From Aplysia californica (taxonomy: Eukaryota): a stretch of 43,113 bases of DNA. Under the pieces are notes generated by a model that worked only from the letters and a program-made list of their open reading frames with translations, searched no databases and was not told where the DNA came from. Shown in pieces: positions 21,561 to 34,700 of this stretch. The position numbers were made by a program, and so were the translations under genes. Every line of letters begins with the position of its first letter. The stretch's first letter is position 1. The stretch spans positions 2,604,655 through 2,647,767 of the forward strand of contig NW_004797273.1 in assembly GCF_000002075.1 (NCBI RefSeq). Direction: 5' to 3'.

Positions 21561-23982
21561 CACTGCCCAAGTCAGGAAGACCTACAGTGCAAGATAGATT
21601 TTAACCAGTTTTTAACTTTTACAGAAATAACAGAAATCAGAGAAATTATAAAGATTTTGTTGCCATTAATTTCACGACACACCTGAATAGAATCTACATC
21701 TAGAAAAGAAAAAGAGGGAGACGGGAAGAGATCATTCCTCTAGAAACAACACACACAAACAAGACACAGAGCTGTGAGTAGCACCATAGCATTGATGATA
21801 TCATTTCGTTCTTTCTTCATTCAATCATCCACAGAGCAGACGGAAAGTTTCTGACAGATTGCTACCCCAGGTTAAAAAAATTCCATCTACCATTTCAGTC
21901 AAATGCAGATAGCAATTTTCTACCCTAAGCCCACTAGTTCCCCACTGAATCCTAATTGTGGAGATACAGATATATATCGATCTAAACCAGAATCAATAAG
22001 ATGGAACTCTAGTCTTTCCTGATTTATAAATGATGTAAATCTCCCATATACCTGTAAATTAAAAACAAAACAAAACCAAAACAAAATAAAATTAGGAGAT
22101 AATCTTCAGGCTTCTCAAAATAGCACCCATACATTCGTATTAATTAGGCACATAATTGTTACATTTCAAATTCACCTGTCCCACTGATATCTCAAAACTA
22201 ATAATAGTCCACATTCATTGTTCATTGAAATACATGAGTGTCCACAGAGAGAAGCATCAAAGTTAGACTGTTCACTGTTTGTAGACTTCAAACCGCAGTG
22301 AGTTGCCCTGGAAATAAAAAACATGGAAAGTTCAGAAACATTCAAAAACATATATACCACTACTCTTCCAAAAAAAAGGATAAATGTGAGGCAGCATGGT
22401 GAAATCAGGCACTCCTCAAAATAATCAAAGTAACTCTTTATCTCCAAGGAGGGTAAACCCTCTACACCGGGCCCCTTTTTTGGAGCTAAATCTAAAAATG
22501 AAAAAAAAAACCGTCATTAAATGGGTTATTAAATAGAAACCAGCAAACCTATTTTGATAGTTCTTCATCTAATGAATGAACTTTCGGTATAAGAGACCTG
22601 TTTCCGGCAATCGCCGAAAAGTAAATTGATGTCGAATTCATTGTAAAGGAATGTGCCCAAGCCGCTGTCAGCGGCTCACCGGCACAGTGGTTCCGACCGC
22701 GGGCTGCTGGGAGCGGCTTGCCGGAGAGAAGAAACTGGCAATTTTCCGCAGGTTTATGAATTTTTAGTTTTTTGGCCCAACACCTTTCATGCCCATTAAA
22801 GAACACATTTCAGTGTGGATTTTACTGAAAAACATTGATTAAAGGCACAAGAAATGTAAATTTTCAGTTTCCATGGACTCTCTAGCTAGGGAAATAACTA
22901 ATCTTTGGTGGCCATATTCTCCCTAATTTTATCTCTGAAACCAGATGACCCCCACCTCCTTCTTTGCAAATATCACGACTTGTATTCAAGATAAATTTTT
23001 TTTTTTTCATCCAAAGCAAGACGAATGAACAAGCTATAAGATGATACCAATAACTCTATAAGAACAAAAATTGACGAGAGCCTGATTCCAGTGTCGTGAC
23101 ACAAATGGATCTTTGTTTATTTGTTTTAGTTATTAGTAGAGGTTTTACGCGAATCGCAACTGCATAAGTCAAATGGATCTTGCAGGACCCTTAAACTTAC
23201 ATGAACTTATAAAAAATCTCAAATAAAGAACTACAGTTGGGAACAGATGAATCAAAAAAGTTGAGTATTGAGAAATAACTTCAACACATCCATAATTCGG
23301 GTTAACAAATGATGAAAAGTTAAAGAACTACCAGTCGGGGAATGGCAAACTGTACGAGCTATCCGTGATTTTCAGTTTTTGCAGGTTCATGTTATCTGTG
23401 TTGTCTAACTGTAGGTTGAACAAGAGAAGGATACAATAAACCATCCTAGTTTCTGAATGGGCACAAAGAAGACAAAGCCAGTGACAGATATTTTGTAAGG
23501 ACACGCAAAGGTGTAAAGAACAAAAATCTGTATTGTTGTCTGCCAAAATCGGTGTCCTTTTTTATACACTCCTTTAGTTGCAGCTGATCCATTATACAGA
23601 TGGATTTAAACAGCACAGAGGGTTTGGCACATAGGGTCGCACGTCAAGCAAGGACCAAGTAAGATGCCTGAATGGTGGCAAGAGGGCAATACGAACCGAA
23701 CATGAGTACAATAGTATAGTATTTTGCGAGGTGTGCTAACAAAACAAGTTAATTCTCGCAATCCACAAATGGAGATATTGGCTGAAAAAATACACATCAA
23801 ATTTGTAGATTTCAAACTGATGCCCTTTTCCTCTTTTATAATTTCATATACCGGTAAAAAACTGAAAAACTCATCAACTCACATTTGTTTCAAAGGTGGT
23901 CCTTAAATGTGCCCTAAATCTAAAGTGTTAGTTTTTCTGGCCTTCTATAAGTTATACGGTGAAGCCCACTTAAACCAAACAC

Positions 23983-24253
23983 TGCTGTGTCCTTGGGGAA
24001 GGCACTTTATTTGAATTTTCTTCACTTCACCCAGGTGGGAATGGGTACTCGGCCATAGACAGGGAAAGATCTTGTCAGTATGTTAGTATTTTAGCGGCTA
24101 TAAAATGGCAGATTGCACTGAGTGCTTCTCAAAAAGTTGAGATTGTTTCAGATCGCTCTCAGGTCTGCTGGGGTAATAATATTAGATTGTAAAGCACATA
24201 GAACTTGCTGTTGAGGGGGAGTTTGCGCTATACAATTAATGCTATCTTCTATT
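23983..24253 (+). mobile_element. 5'-truncated SINE with Meta/MESC-like core and L2-type tail
   Basis: Core TGTGTCCTTGGGGAAGGCACTTTA...CACCCAGGTG..AATGGGTAC; tail TGTAAAGCAC...GCGCTATACAA. Confidence 0.7.
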
Positions 24254-24508
24254 GATCCTTACCAGCCTTAATCTAAAAGAAAACAGAATTCCTATTGTTT
24301 TCCCGTTCTTTCTCTTTGTAGAAAAACTACCCATTAGCTGAAATGCTCCTATTTCTAAACCGAAAAGACATCTAGTGCTATGTTGTCTATATCTTCACCA
24401 GCAAGCACTGGGCTGTGATAATCATGATGTGTCAAGACATTGGGGCTTTACCCTCAAGCCGACTTGATGCTCCTTGCAACAGAACAAGCTGAATGCAGTT
24501 ATAGATCT

Positions 24509-25090
24509 TTAGTTTAGTTTAGTATGGGGATTTACGGCGCTCGCAACTGCATGAGGTCATATGAGCGCGCGAAACACAAGTTAGTTTTTTTATACGCAGT
24601 TCACTGCACGGCTGGGTACGGGTTATTTGCTCTTAAAACGTTAAAATATTGAAAATTTGGTGTAGATATATAATTTCAATCTAAAACAACTTTCATAAAA
24701 ATGTTTAATAATTCAGTTTTGTTCTACACTACAATTTTCCATAAAGGCTAATGGCCTTCATAAAATCCAAAATTCTGTTGGGACCAACGACGGAAAATAA
24801 GTCTTGCAACTTTTTTGCATTTAAAGTATTTCCTTCGGATCTCTCAAAAGTCTAGACATTCTGTTAAAATGTGTCTAATGGTAAAATCTGTGTCGACACA
24901 AAACGGCTTCCCATCTCCCTGAAGGAGGTATTTGTGTGTCCGGGCCGTGTGTCCGATGCGCAATCGAGTAAAAATGACTTCGTCTCTTCTGGAGAGGTCC
25001 GAAGGATATCGCGGTCTCAGTTTGGGTTTAATATTATAGAGTTTGTTACTCGTCCGTTTTTTACAGTGGCTCTCCCACAGACTGGAGGTG
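24509..25090 (-). mobile_element. I-group (Nimb-like) LINE 3' end
   Basis: NKLYNIKP...RRDEVIFTRLRIGHTARTHKYLL...TIRHILTEC (C-terminal Zn-knuckle region), then 3'UTR, hairpin GCGCTCATATGACC...GAGCGC and (CTAAA)n. Confidence 0.9.
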
Positions 25091-25354
25091 TACTTTTTGA
25101 CTTTCCATAATAATAATAATAACAACAACAACAACAACAACAAAAATAATAGTAATAATAACAACAAAATTATAATAATGGGAATTTAAAGTGCTTAATC
25201 GCTAGATAGTAGAAAGCGCCATGCCACCCAAAGTAGAATTACCACTCAACTGACGAATCAAAAGACAGAAAATGCACATTGTGAGACTAGTTAACAACAA
25301 CACACACACACCACACACACACGCACATACGCACGCCTGCACGCACGTATGCAT

Positions 25355-25407
<53 letters not shown>

Positions 25408-25450
25408 TACATGCACAACTTTCATCTTCATCAAGTACACTTCTCTTTAC

Positions 25451-25577
25451 CGTTCCTCGCTTCCTGACGTCCATGCCAAGGGCAGTGGCTGTTTCCAGGA
25501 TGCAGGCGATCTCATTCTCCGTCATCTGGCGCTCTGGGAATGGCATCTCTGTCATGCATGGGTCATTCTTGAACTTC
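25451..25577 (-). CDS. FKBP6: FKBP6-like exon (R3H-like core: KFKNDPCMTEMPFPERQMTENEIACILETATALGMDVRKRGT)
   Basis: Acceptor taacctttcag|, donor ACG|GTAAAG, 127 nt, phase 2/0. Confidence 0.8.
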
Positions 25578-28500
25578 CTGAAAGGTTAAAGGTCACAGTC
25601 AAACTACAATAAGAGGTCACTGTTCTTACTTACTGACCGACTAAATTATATCCAATTAATTATAATATGTTGAATTGGGGTTGCAGCCAATTAGCAAATT
25701 AGAAAGTTTTTTTTCCATTGAAATAAAACTGCTGCCATTTTCAAAAAAATTAACTGAGAGATGAAAGAATAGCGCGACATGAACCTTCACATACAACAGA
25801 TGAGTATATCATGCAACTACCCTGAAAATTCAGTTTCTTGCATCAGGTAAAAATAAATTAGACTGTTGCACCAGGTCTGACACACTTTTCTCAGTAGACA
25901 CTACATCATGGTTAACCCTTCCAGCGAACAGCCGCTTTTGAGCACTCCCAAACCTCAGTCCCAGCCAATACAGCAGTATTTTAAAAAAAGAGGCATGCAT
26001 TCTAAAAAGTAATGTAGTATCTTTATAACAAGGTTTAGATAATAACATATAACAATATCTAAAGGATAATGAACAAATATTATCAAAATTAAAGTTTAAA
26101 TAAAAATAGGCTCGATAATTTAGAAAAATGTGCAAATTCAGTACCCCCCGAAACTGAGAATATATGCTCTTGGGACGGTGGGAGGTACAAGCGCTGCTGA
26201 AAATACACGTGCATGGGGCTGGAAGGGTTACCACAGTCAAATCATACATTGAGGAAATCCTGTATGAGAAGCACTTGGGATGCTCGGACAGGTTGAACGC
26301 TGGCGCTGTATTCTTTATGAGCCCATTGTGGGTAGGTGGAACAGGAAAGGCATAAAATTATTTTGATCTATGACTAAAACAAAATGAGAGAGAGAAAAAA
26401 AAAGTGTGTTGACTATTCTGCTTGCGAAGATTTTAAGTTTTTGAGGAGGGAAGGAGAGATAGAAAGAGAGAGAGATAGATGGAAATATATATATATATAT
26501 ANNNNNNNNNNNNNNNNNNNNNNNNNNNNNNNNNNNNNNNNNNNNNNNNNNNNNNNNNNNNNNNNNNNNNNNNNNNNNNNNNNNNNNNNNNNNNNNNNNN
26601 NNNNNNNNNNNNNNNNNNNNNNNNNNNNNNNNNNNNNNNNNNNNNNNNNNNNNNNNNNNNNNNNNNNNNNNNNNNNNNNNNNNNNNNNNNNNNNNNNNNN
26701 NNNNNNNNNNNNNNNNNNNNNNNNNNNNNNNNNNNNNNNNNNNNNNNNNNNNNNNNNNNNNNNNNNNNNNNNNNNNNNNNNNNNNNNNNNNNNNNNNNNN
26801 NNNNNNNNNNNNNNNNNNNNNNNNNNNNNNNNNNNNNNNNNNNNNNNNNNNNNNNNNNNNNNNNNNNNNNNNNNNNNNNNNNNNNNNNNNNNNNNNNNNN
26901 NNNNNNNNNNNNNNNNNNNNNNNNNNNNNNNNNNNNNNNNNNNNNNNNNNNNNNNNNNNNNNNNNNNNNNNNNNNNNNNNNNNNNNNNNNNNNNNNNNNN
27001 NNNNNNNNNNNNNNNNNNNNNNNNNNNNNNNNNNNNNNNNNNNNNNNNNNNNNNNNNNNNNNNNNNNNNNNNNNNNNNNNNNNNNNNNNNNNNNNNNNNN
27101 NNNNNNNNNNNNNNNNNNNNNNNNNNNNNNNNNNNNNNNNNNNNNNNNNNNNNNNNNNNNNNNNNNNNNNNNNNNNNNNNNNNNNNNNNNNNNNNNNNNN
27201 NNNNNNNNNNNNNNNNNNNNNNNNNNNNNNNNNNNNNNNNNNNNNNNNNNNNNNNNNNNNNNNNNNNNNNNNNNNNNNNNNNNNNNNNNNNNNNNNNNNN
27301 NNNNNNNNNNNNNNNNNNNNNNNNNNNNNNNNNNNNNNNNNNNNNNNNNNNNNNNNNNNNAAGAAGAAGAAGAAGAAGAAGAAGAAGAAGAAGAAGAAGA
27401 AGAAGAAGAAGAAAAAGAAGAAGAAGAAGATTGTCCATGGGGATGAAAAGGAAGGAGAAACAAAAACTCACTCAAACTGTTCTTGTACAAGAGCTCTAAA
27501 ACCATCGGAGCACGGAGGTTGACTCGGCCTCTCCACAGACTCTTCTTTCTCTTTGTCCCCTGAGGTTTCTGTACAGAGAAAGAGATAAAGGGAGACACAT
27601 TTGATAGAAATAGATCTACAGATGAACCTACTCTAACTGCCAACTGTCTATGACAATCACCTTTACATTCAACCACTTCTTATCCCCCTCCCCACACCAT
27701 GCATTAAAAAAGAAAATAAACAAAAAAACTTCTAAAAAATCAAAATTATAATGACATTGTTTGAAATGTCCACCTGTCTAAAACAACCTCTTTTCTCTCT
27801 AAAAATTAGTGGCCATCTTGGATAATTCCGACAGCACTTCAAGTTATAGTAGGTTATACAGTAGTCTCCGCCTAAGATCCCACACTGAGGTGTGAACTTA
27901 CCAACGTATTTGTTTTCCCCAAACATCGCATTCACATCTGAGCTCTCCACCTAAACTTACATCACTCGCTGGGTGGGTAGGGCCCACAAATTCGCTCCAG
28001 GCAGGATCACATCAAACTGAACTCTTCCCTGACCATTGCATCAGTTGTCTCTACACGAATTTGCGAGACAGACTTGTTATTGGAGTGGTCACAATGTAAT
28101 GGAGAATAACGGCAAAGGTGGGGGAAATCGGTCAGAGACGGAGTTATAAATTTTGGACAGGGAAAGGGGAGGGGCAACTGGATAAGCGTAGATCCTTGAG
28201 ACTCACGAAAGGACAAAAAGTGTAAATGGCATGTCTCATGCCACCGTGATTGGTCATCAAGGTAGACCACTCCTTGCTCGCCATATGTCACAAACCCATC
28301 CAGGGGTCAGGTCAGTTCATTTTAGAGTGGGGAGAGACCATTTTACTGGTAGTGGGCCTTAACATAGATCACTGAAGATTCTTCCTTTGGTGTATCGACT
28401 AAGATCTCCTTTCTGATTATCAAAACATTACAACAGTTCTAAACAATTAAACAACGAAAAAGAAAGTCAAATATATCAGAACTATGCAAAAAAATTATTT

Positions 28501-28707
28501 GAAACACTGGGCAACATGAGTTAAATTCTCACATTCTGGACTGTAAAATGAGGACTAAATCACCTACCCCCTGCATCACTGGCTGGCTGAGAGAACATCT
28601 TACGGTAAAGACTCTTTTCAAATGACGTGTGCTCTTTGATAGACCTGTTATAAGAAATTTCACGAGGTCAAATAATTTTTTATACAGTAATAGCAATAAT
28701 AATAACA

Positions 28708-28738
<31 letters not shown>

Positions 28739-31700
28739 TAATGGGAATTTATATAGTGCCTAATCCACCAACAACAACAACACTACAAACATACACATAC
28801 ACACACACACACAAGCACACAACTTCTAGACTAAAACACATTCTCATATACAAAATTTACAGGCAGAGAATAGTAGGCTTACAAAACAGTATAAAAACAT
28901 AGAAATCTACAAATAATAAAGAATCTGATTACTGCAAGAAAGAAACCTAAAAAACACATGATGGAGCTTGTGGGTTGTTTTTTTTAAATTATCTTGACAC
29001 TGTCGGAGACATCCACCTCTAAGACAACCACTTTTCTCCTTTAGTTTGTAGTTTTAGCAAAGATAGTACAGCCTATGGTAAGATGCTGCAGTGGCCCAAT
29101 TTTGTGAGGCACATCGACTCCCAGCACCACTAGCGGCAAGCGTGCAACAGAATGTAAACAAACACGGCCAGAGACTCGTTACGCTCATGCTGTCGGCTTT
29201 ACTGGCCAGTTTTGTTCAGCGATCGGCCGTTTTAATTCCAGAGGAAAAACCAAATAATTGTCTTTCTTCAGATTCCCTAAGGACGAAAAATGGAAAGATT
29301 ATGTAAAATTGATTTTTTAATCTAGAGTCTAGATTAGAGCTAAACTAGAGAGACCAGATAGTCCAGCCTGTAAGCTTTGTTTACTCTCTGCATCATGCAT
29401 CCTTGACAAGGACAAATGCTTTGTACTCTGTACTTTGTTGTGTGAGGGCCCATTCCATTAGGTGTAGAATTAGATTCTAGGTGTAAATGTTATATAGATC
29501 TATATGTTTTCTGTGTTGTAGGTTATTATGTAATTTGTGCTTTAGCACAACACAGAGAGATCAGTATTTTGCATATTAACTTGTAACTTTTTATGAAGTA
29601 TATGGGCCATTGACCTGTGAAGTCAATAAAGTCTAATTCAATTCAATTCTCTCTTACTACACACACTCATACACAAATTATGTACGCAGGTACACGCACA
29701 CACACACGCGCGCGCGCACGACCATATGTCCTGACCACCTCTGTACATTTTATCGTCATCACGGATACCATCACATCATCATGAAATCATCTTCATGTAC
29801 ATCACAAAAACCACCTCCACAAACATCCAGTGGCCGTGGGTGGACCAAGATTTGGGTGGGGCTTAGGTTGGTTCCACTTCTTTACTACAAAACCTCAAGC
29901 ACTAAGAGCTCAAGAGTGATGATTTTTCTATACTCACGGTGAGCCACGGCATTTTAAGAACCATTCAAACGGAGAATCAACTTTGTCTTCCATCTTTTTA
30001 TTCTAAGTTAACTCTAGATTCTCCTGGATAGCAGGGACGAAACCGTTTCACCTCCACATTTTTTCTTAACTAATTTTCATCTGATGAAAAAGTTGCCTTA
30101 AAAGTGGTTCGACGTGATTTATAACACTTAAATCTCAGGAGCACACACAGCACCTCAAGCATATTATTATTCCGTCTATGATGAGCTGGCTGCAGCTGTG
30201 TAGTCGAGGAAAATTGAAAGCACCTTACGAAGGTCCAATGAGTGCATAGGTGACTGTGTCACTGGGGAAAGTGTCGTAAACTTTCACCCCGTTGTCAAAG
30301 CAAGGAGAGCGTGAGCCCTTAAAAAAGAGAGAGCGAGTTAATAAGACATATAGATCTATAGATCTACTTCTATGTTGTATTCTTTGTATTCATTCTCTCT
30401 CTCTCTCTCTCTCCCTCTCTCTCACTCACCCACTCTCTCTCTCTCTCTCTCTTTCTCTCCCTCCCCCCCTCTCTCTCTCATGCTATTGTAGCGTTCCCTG
30501 GTTAATACTAATTGAAACTATCTTTTGATTTCAAATAACGCATACTCTTAAAGATCCTGTCATCAGTACTATCTCATCAATACGATCAATGATATTGCAT
30601 TGGTCTAGGCCTAGATTTCGTGATTGTCAATGTCTGGGCCTAGATCTAGATCTAAATTTAGTAGATCGTGAGCTATGCACCCGGTGCCCGGTACACTAGA
30701 TTTATCCTCTGATCTTATCACTCGTTACCGAAGTGAGACTTTTTAAATCTAATGTTTTTCTTTTTAAATAATTTAGATCTAGATAAATTATTGAAATACG
30801 TTGATCAATACTTAAGTTTGGTAGACAGGTCTATATAAGTATTTAGATCGATATAGATCTAGGTCTAGATAAGATTGGGCCCTAGAGTAGGATTAACTAG
30901 GACTCTCTCATACTTTATCCAACAAGCCCAGGGCCAAGACATCGGGGCTCAGTCACACGCTCGCTAGGGGTGTGGCCTATTTTACGCATGCTACGTCTTT
31001 TTAACAAAGGGAAAGAGACAGCTGCAGCATCTTAACGTAGGGTGTTGTATCTTTGGTCTTAGTAGAAGTTTTACGGCGCTCGCAACTGCATAAGGTGATA
31101 TGAGCGCCAAGGGGTGGATGTCAACAGAGAAGTCCTAACAGGGAATCAGACTTACTCTGTTCATCTCTCTAGCTTCAACAGCACAAAATCAGCTTCAACT
31201 ATCAAGGCACTCCGGAAATAGCAGGTCACAAAAGTGTGACAAAAATACAAAAGAAGTAGAGGAAAACTGACGATAGTAAGGATTAGGAAAGAAAAAGCAG
31301 CAGTTCCCTGTTGCAGTTCAAGCACAGTCATGAGCATGACATCGATGAACCAGGCCATTTACAGTTCTACTGTTCATAAGAAGAGGTTAATGTCCCCCCT
31401 TTGGGAATGGCCTAAAGCCACTTCAGTCAGTAGCACTGCCTCGGGGGGTAACTTTTCTCCTTGACAGTTTGTAGCCATCTTTAACAATTCTATCCCCTTT
31501 TCTTTTTTTTTTTTAAATGCAGGTGTTGTTACACCCCCATCAAACAAAATTTTGATCATTTAAGAGGCGGGTCAGGGCCAATCCGAGTTGAGAGGGACAC
31601 ATCCCAGCAGAAAGATATTCGATATAGATTTTCCCCCCATTCAGGAATCAAACTCAGGTCTCCTGGCATAACTGCTACATCAGACACCTGTAAATTTGAC

Positions 31701-34700
31701 TGTATACATATCCATTGGCACAAAGAAATAGAGAGAGAATACAAGTCATATTATGACACTGTTGGGTCCTTACCAACAAAAATACATCTCTTCTAAGTCT
31801 GAGAATTAGACTGGGACAAAACTGAAATGTATGAACAGTCTGAATTTGGCAGCTTTGAAAACAACATTGCAATAAAAGCAGCCAGACATGTGAAAGTTTT
31901 CAAAAAATGTTTCGAACCCATTTGAACTACAGATGAGTAACTTTAAAAGACTAACCACTGAAATTGGTAAAGTCTGCAGTCGCTGGGTACATTTCTAGAA
32001 AATTGTACTTTGCATGGTTTAAAAAAAAATTATGATGTCTTATCTCATTAGGAGTTGTGCCCATTTTACTATGGATTCAGCATGTTGAGGGCAACTTTTG
32101 CAACACAACTGTAGGGTTTAAGAGGTTAAAAATACAATGACAATTATATTGTGATTTGAACATAGAAAAAGCTGATACCAGATCTGGATCTAACAAGCTC
32201 TCCCTCAAACCACCCTCTGCCAGCCTTATTATACTGCAAAAACCCGTCATCACTCACTTGGCTAGATCTTTCAACGCGTTATTGATCAACATATCACTGG
32301 GCTTGAGATTCCGAGCTGTGCGCAAACTCTGCTTGGCATCCTCAAAGCTGCCCAAGGAATGTAAGGCCTGGAAATGGAAAATGAAGCAGCTAAATTAAAT
32401 GCAATTGAGCACAGACGACATAAACATGGAAAACTCTCATCGCTTATAGCTCTTAAAATTTTCCATTCCCCAACTGATACTGATATGTCTTAATTAATTT
32501 TTCGTTATCGGTTAACCCGATTTACGGATGTGTCATACGTATTTTGTCGATCCTTGATATTAATCTGTGCCCGACTGTATCAACATTTTAATCTTAAGTC
32601 GCATATCTGTATATCTGCGATGAAGTACCAATTCAATTTTTAAAAATAGAAATAAAGACAAAGAAACTACAATTAATGTGTGACAACAAAACCAGCTCAA
32701 AAAGATCAAATATTGCCGCTCAGAGAGAAATGGGGAGGATATGGGATTTAAACTACCGCAACTACTGTAGCAGAATAACAGAAGAGACAAAACTCATTTG
32801 CTAGAAAAACAAAATTAGAAAAGCGAACTCAAAGAGCCAACACAGTCACCTACCAGCTCGCACCCCTCCTATCTCATCCAAACATCTCCATGAAACCAAA
32901 GAGACAGCTTATCACTTTAATATATACATACCAAAATTATGCTACCAGAGCCTGACCTGGACATTAAGTAAAACTCAGGAAAGCAAAATCACTGCATGTG
33001 AAATGAAATGTCTTTGCAAAACCCTTAACATCACAAGACTAGACAGGCAGAGAAATGAAGATGTAAGAGAAGCCATTGGCACTGAGTCCTGCCTGCATTA
33101 AATAGAAAGACAGAATAAAATGGTTTGGCCACCTGTTACATATGTCACCTAGCCAGCCAGCCTCAGGAGTCTATAACACCAAGCATTCAGGTTCAGGGAT
33201 GCCACTCAACTTTTTTTAAATAGCTGAAAATCCACGCGCCACGGTTTGCTAACATATGAATATCAATTTGAAACCCAAAGAATGTACATTTTTTTTCTAA
33301 CTATAGCACAGCGGGTAAAATACCGTCCAGACCGCTCACTTAGTTTTCCTTCCCCGGTTCCCCCTCGACCATCCTCACCACCCTGCCCGCCCCGCCCGAC
33401 AGCCCAGCGCGTAGTCATAAATCACTTGTCAGAGGGGTTAATTGGGGTGACTGCAGCGCCACTCCTCCTGTGCCGGGGCAGTAGTAAATATGGCGTTTTA
33501 GTGCGAACTGAAAGCCTCCTAACTCTGAAACTATAAATGCTACAAGGCCGATTGAGATTTCATTGTAACGTGCTATGTTTGACCTGTAGGCCGGTATAAC
33601 TTGTTTTCTTGTAAGTCCGATTATATCAGTTTTACAAGGGATTTAAGTAAGTCTGTGATTTTCAAATTGGCATCTTCAATGTTTAGAACTTTTTCAGTTT
33701 GGATTTAGATATTTCAATCCGGCCCCCAACGATTTAAACAGAAATTCATGTATCAACTGTGGTGACAATTTTCATTTACATGTGCAAGTTTCAAATGCAC
33801 GAAGTTATTCTATGATTTTCTGTGATTTTTAAAAAATACCAACCCACCACTCTGAACATTCATCCTTGCTGTTTTTAGTTTTCTTGCCTCTACTACATCT
33901 GAATTTCGTTGTCATTTTTAACAATATTGTTGTCATGGAGTGCCACACTCAACATGATCATATGGTGGGCATTGTGCTCAAACATCATCGCCTTCTTGAG
34001 GAGGCCGCACATGATATAGATGTACAGCTGGTCCATCAATCTATGGAGAATTGCACGCCTGGAATAGGACAAAATGTGCATATCTACGGCAAAAAATGAA
34101 AGAGGGCTGGACAAAAACGAGGAGGACATTCAATTGTTACAGGGCTGTCAGATTTTGTCGGATAATCCACGAGAAGCAGACAGATTTGAGAGGAAGGGTT
34201 CTAGTGTACATGATCAGCTGTCAGAGTTAGAGTTTGAGGAGCTTATTCCAAGGTCAAGTCCTGCCTGCTCTGAATTTGATAACATCCTCAAACAACACAA
34301 CATCACACCACAGGCCTACCACAGCCGTTCATTTATAGGAAGCCACTGCCATAAATACATCACAGCCCATGTGTACAGACAGCTAGCATCATTTTTAGCA
34401 AAAGGAACAGTTGCATGTACACGAAATCAAAGCATAATAGACACCGCATTAATTGTTCTGAGAGAGAAATTTGTTCATGTAAAAGACACCTTCAAAGATA
34501 TCCACACAGTAATTGCACATGGAAAGCCAATCACTTTAGAGAGAATACCACATATTCAGTCATGCATCACACGATATATGTCTTTATACAGAAACATATT
34601 TGGCAAATAAAAGGTCTTGAGTTGATAGTGCCGTAAAACACGTGCTACTCAATCAAAATCGATCAAAAGAAAAGGTCATCCCCAAACAACACATCCCTGA

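Noticed and set aside
26315-27676. Long ORFs of 347-453 aa in the track
   Set aside because: They span the N gap and a (GAA)n repeat; only 27472-27568 is a real exon, in a different frame.
30081-30120. Hammerhead ribozyme core candidates (CTGATGA here, at ~17735 and ~19925)
   Set aside because: No stem II followed by GAAA and no flanking helices could be built.
29829-31050. Possible hAT element starting CAGTGGCCGT
   Set aside because: No matching right TIR or TSD found.
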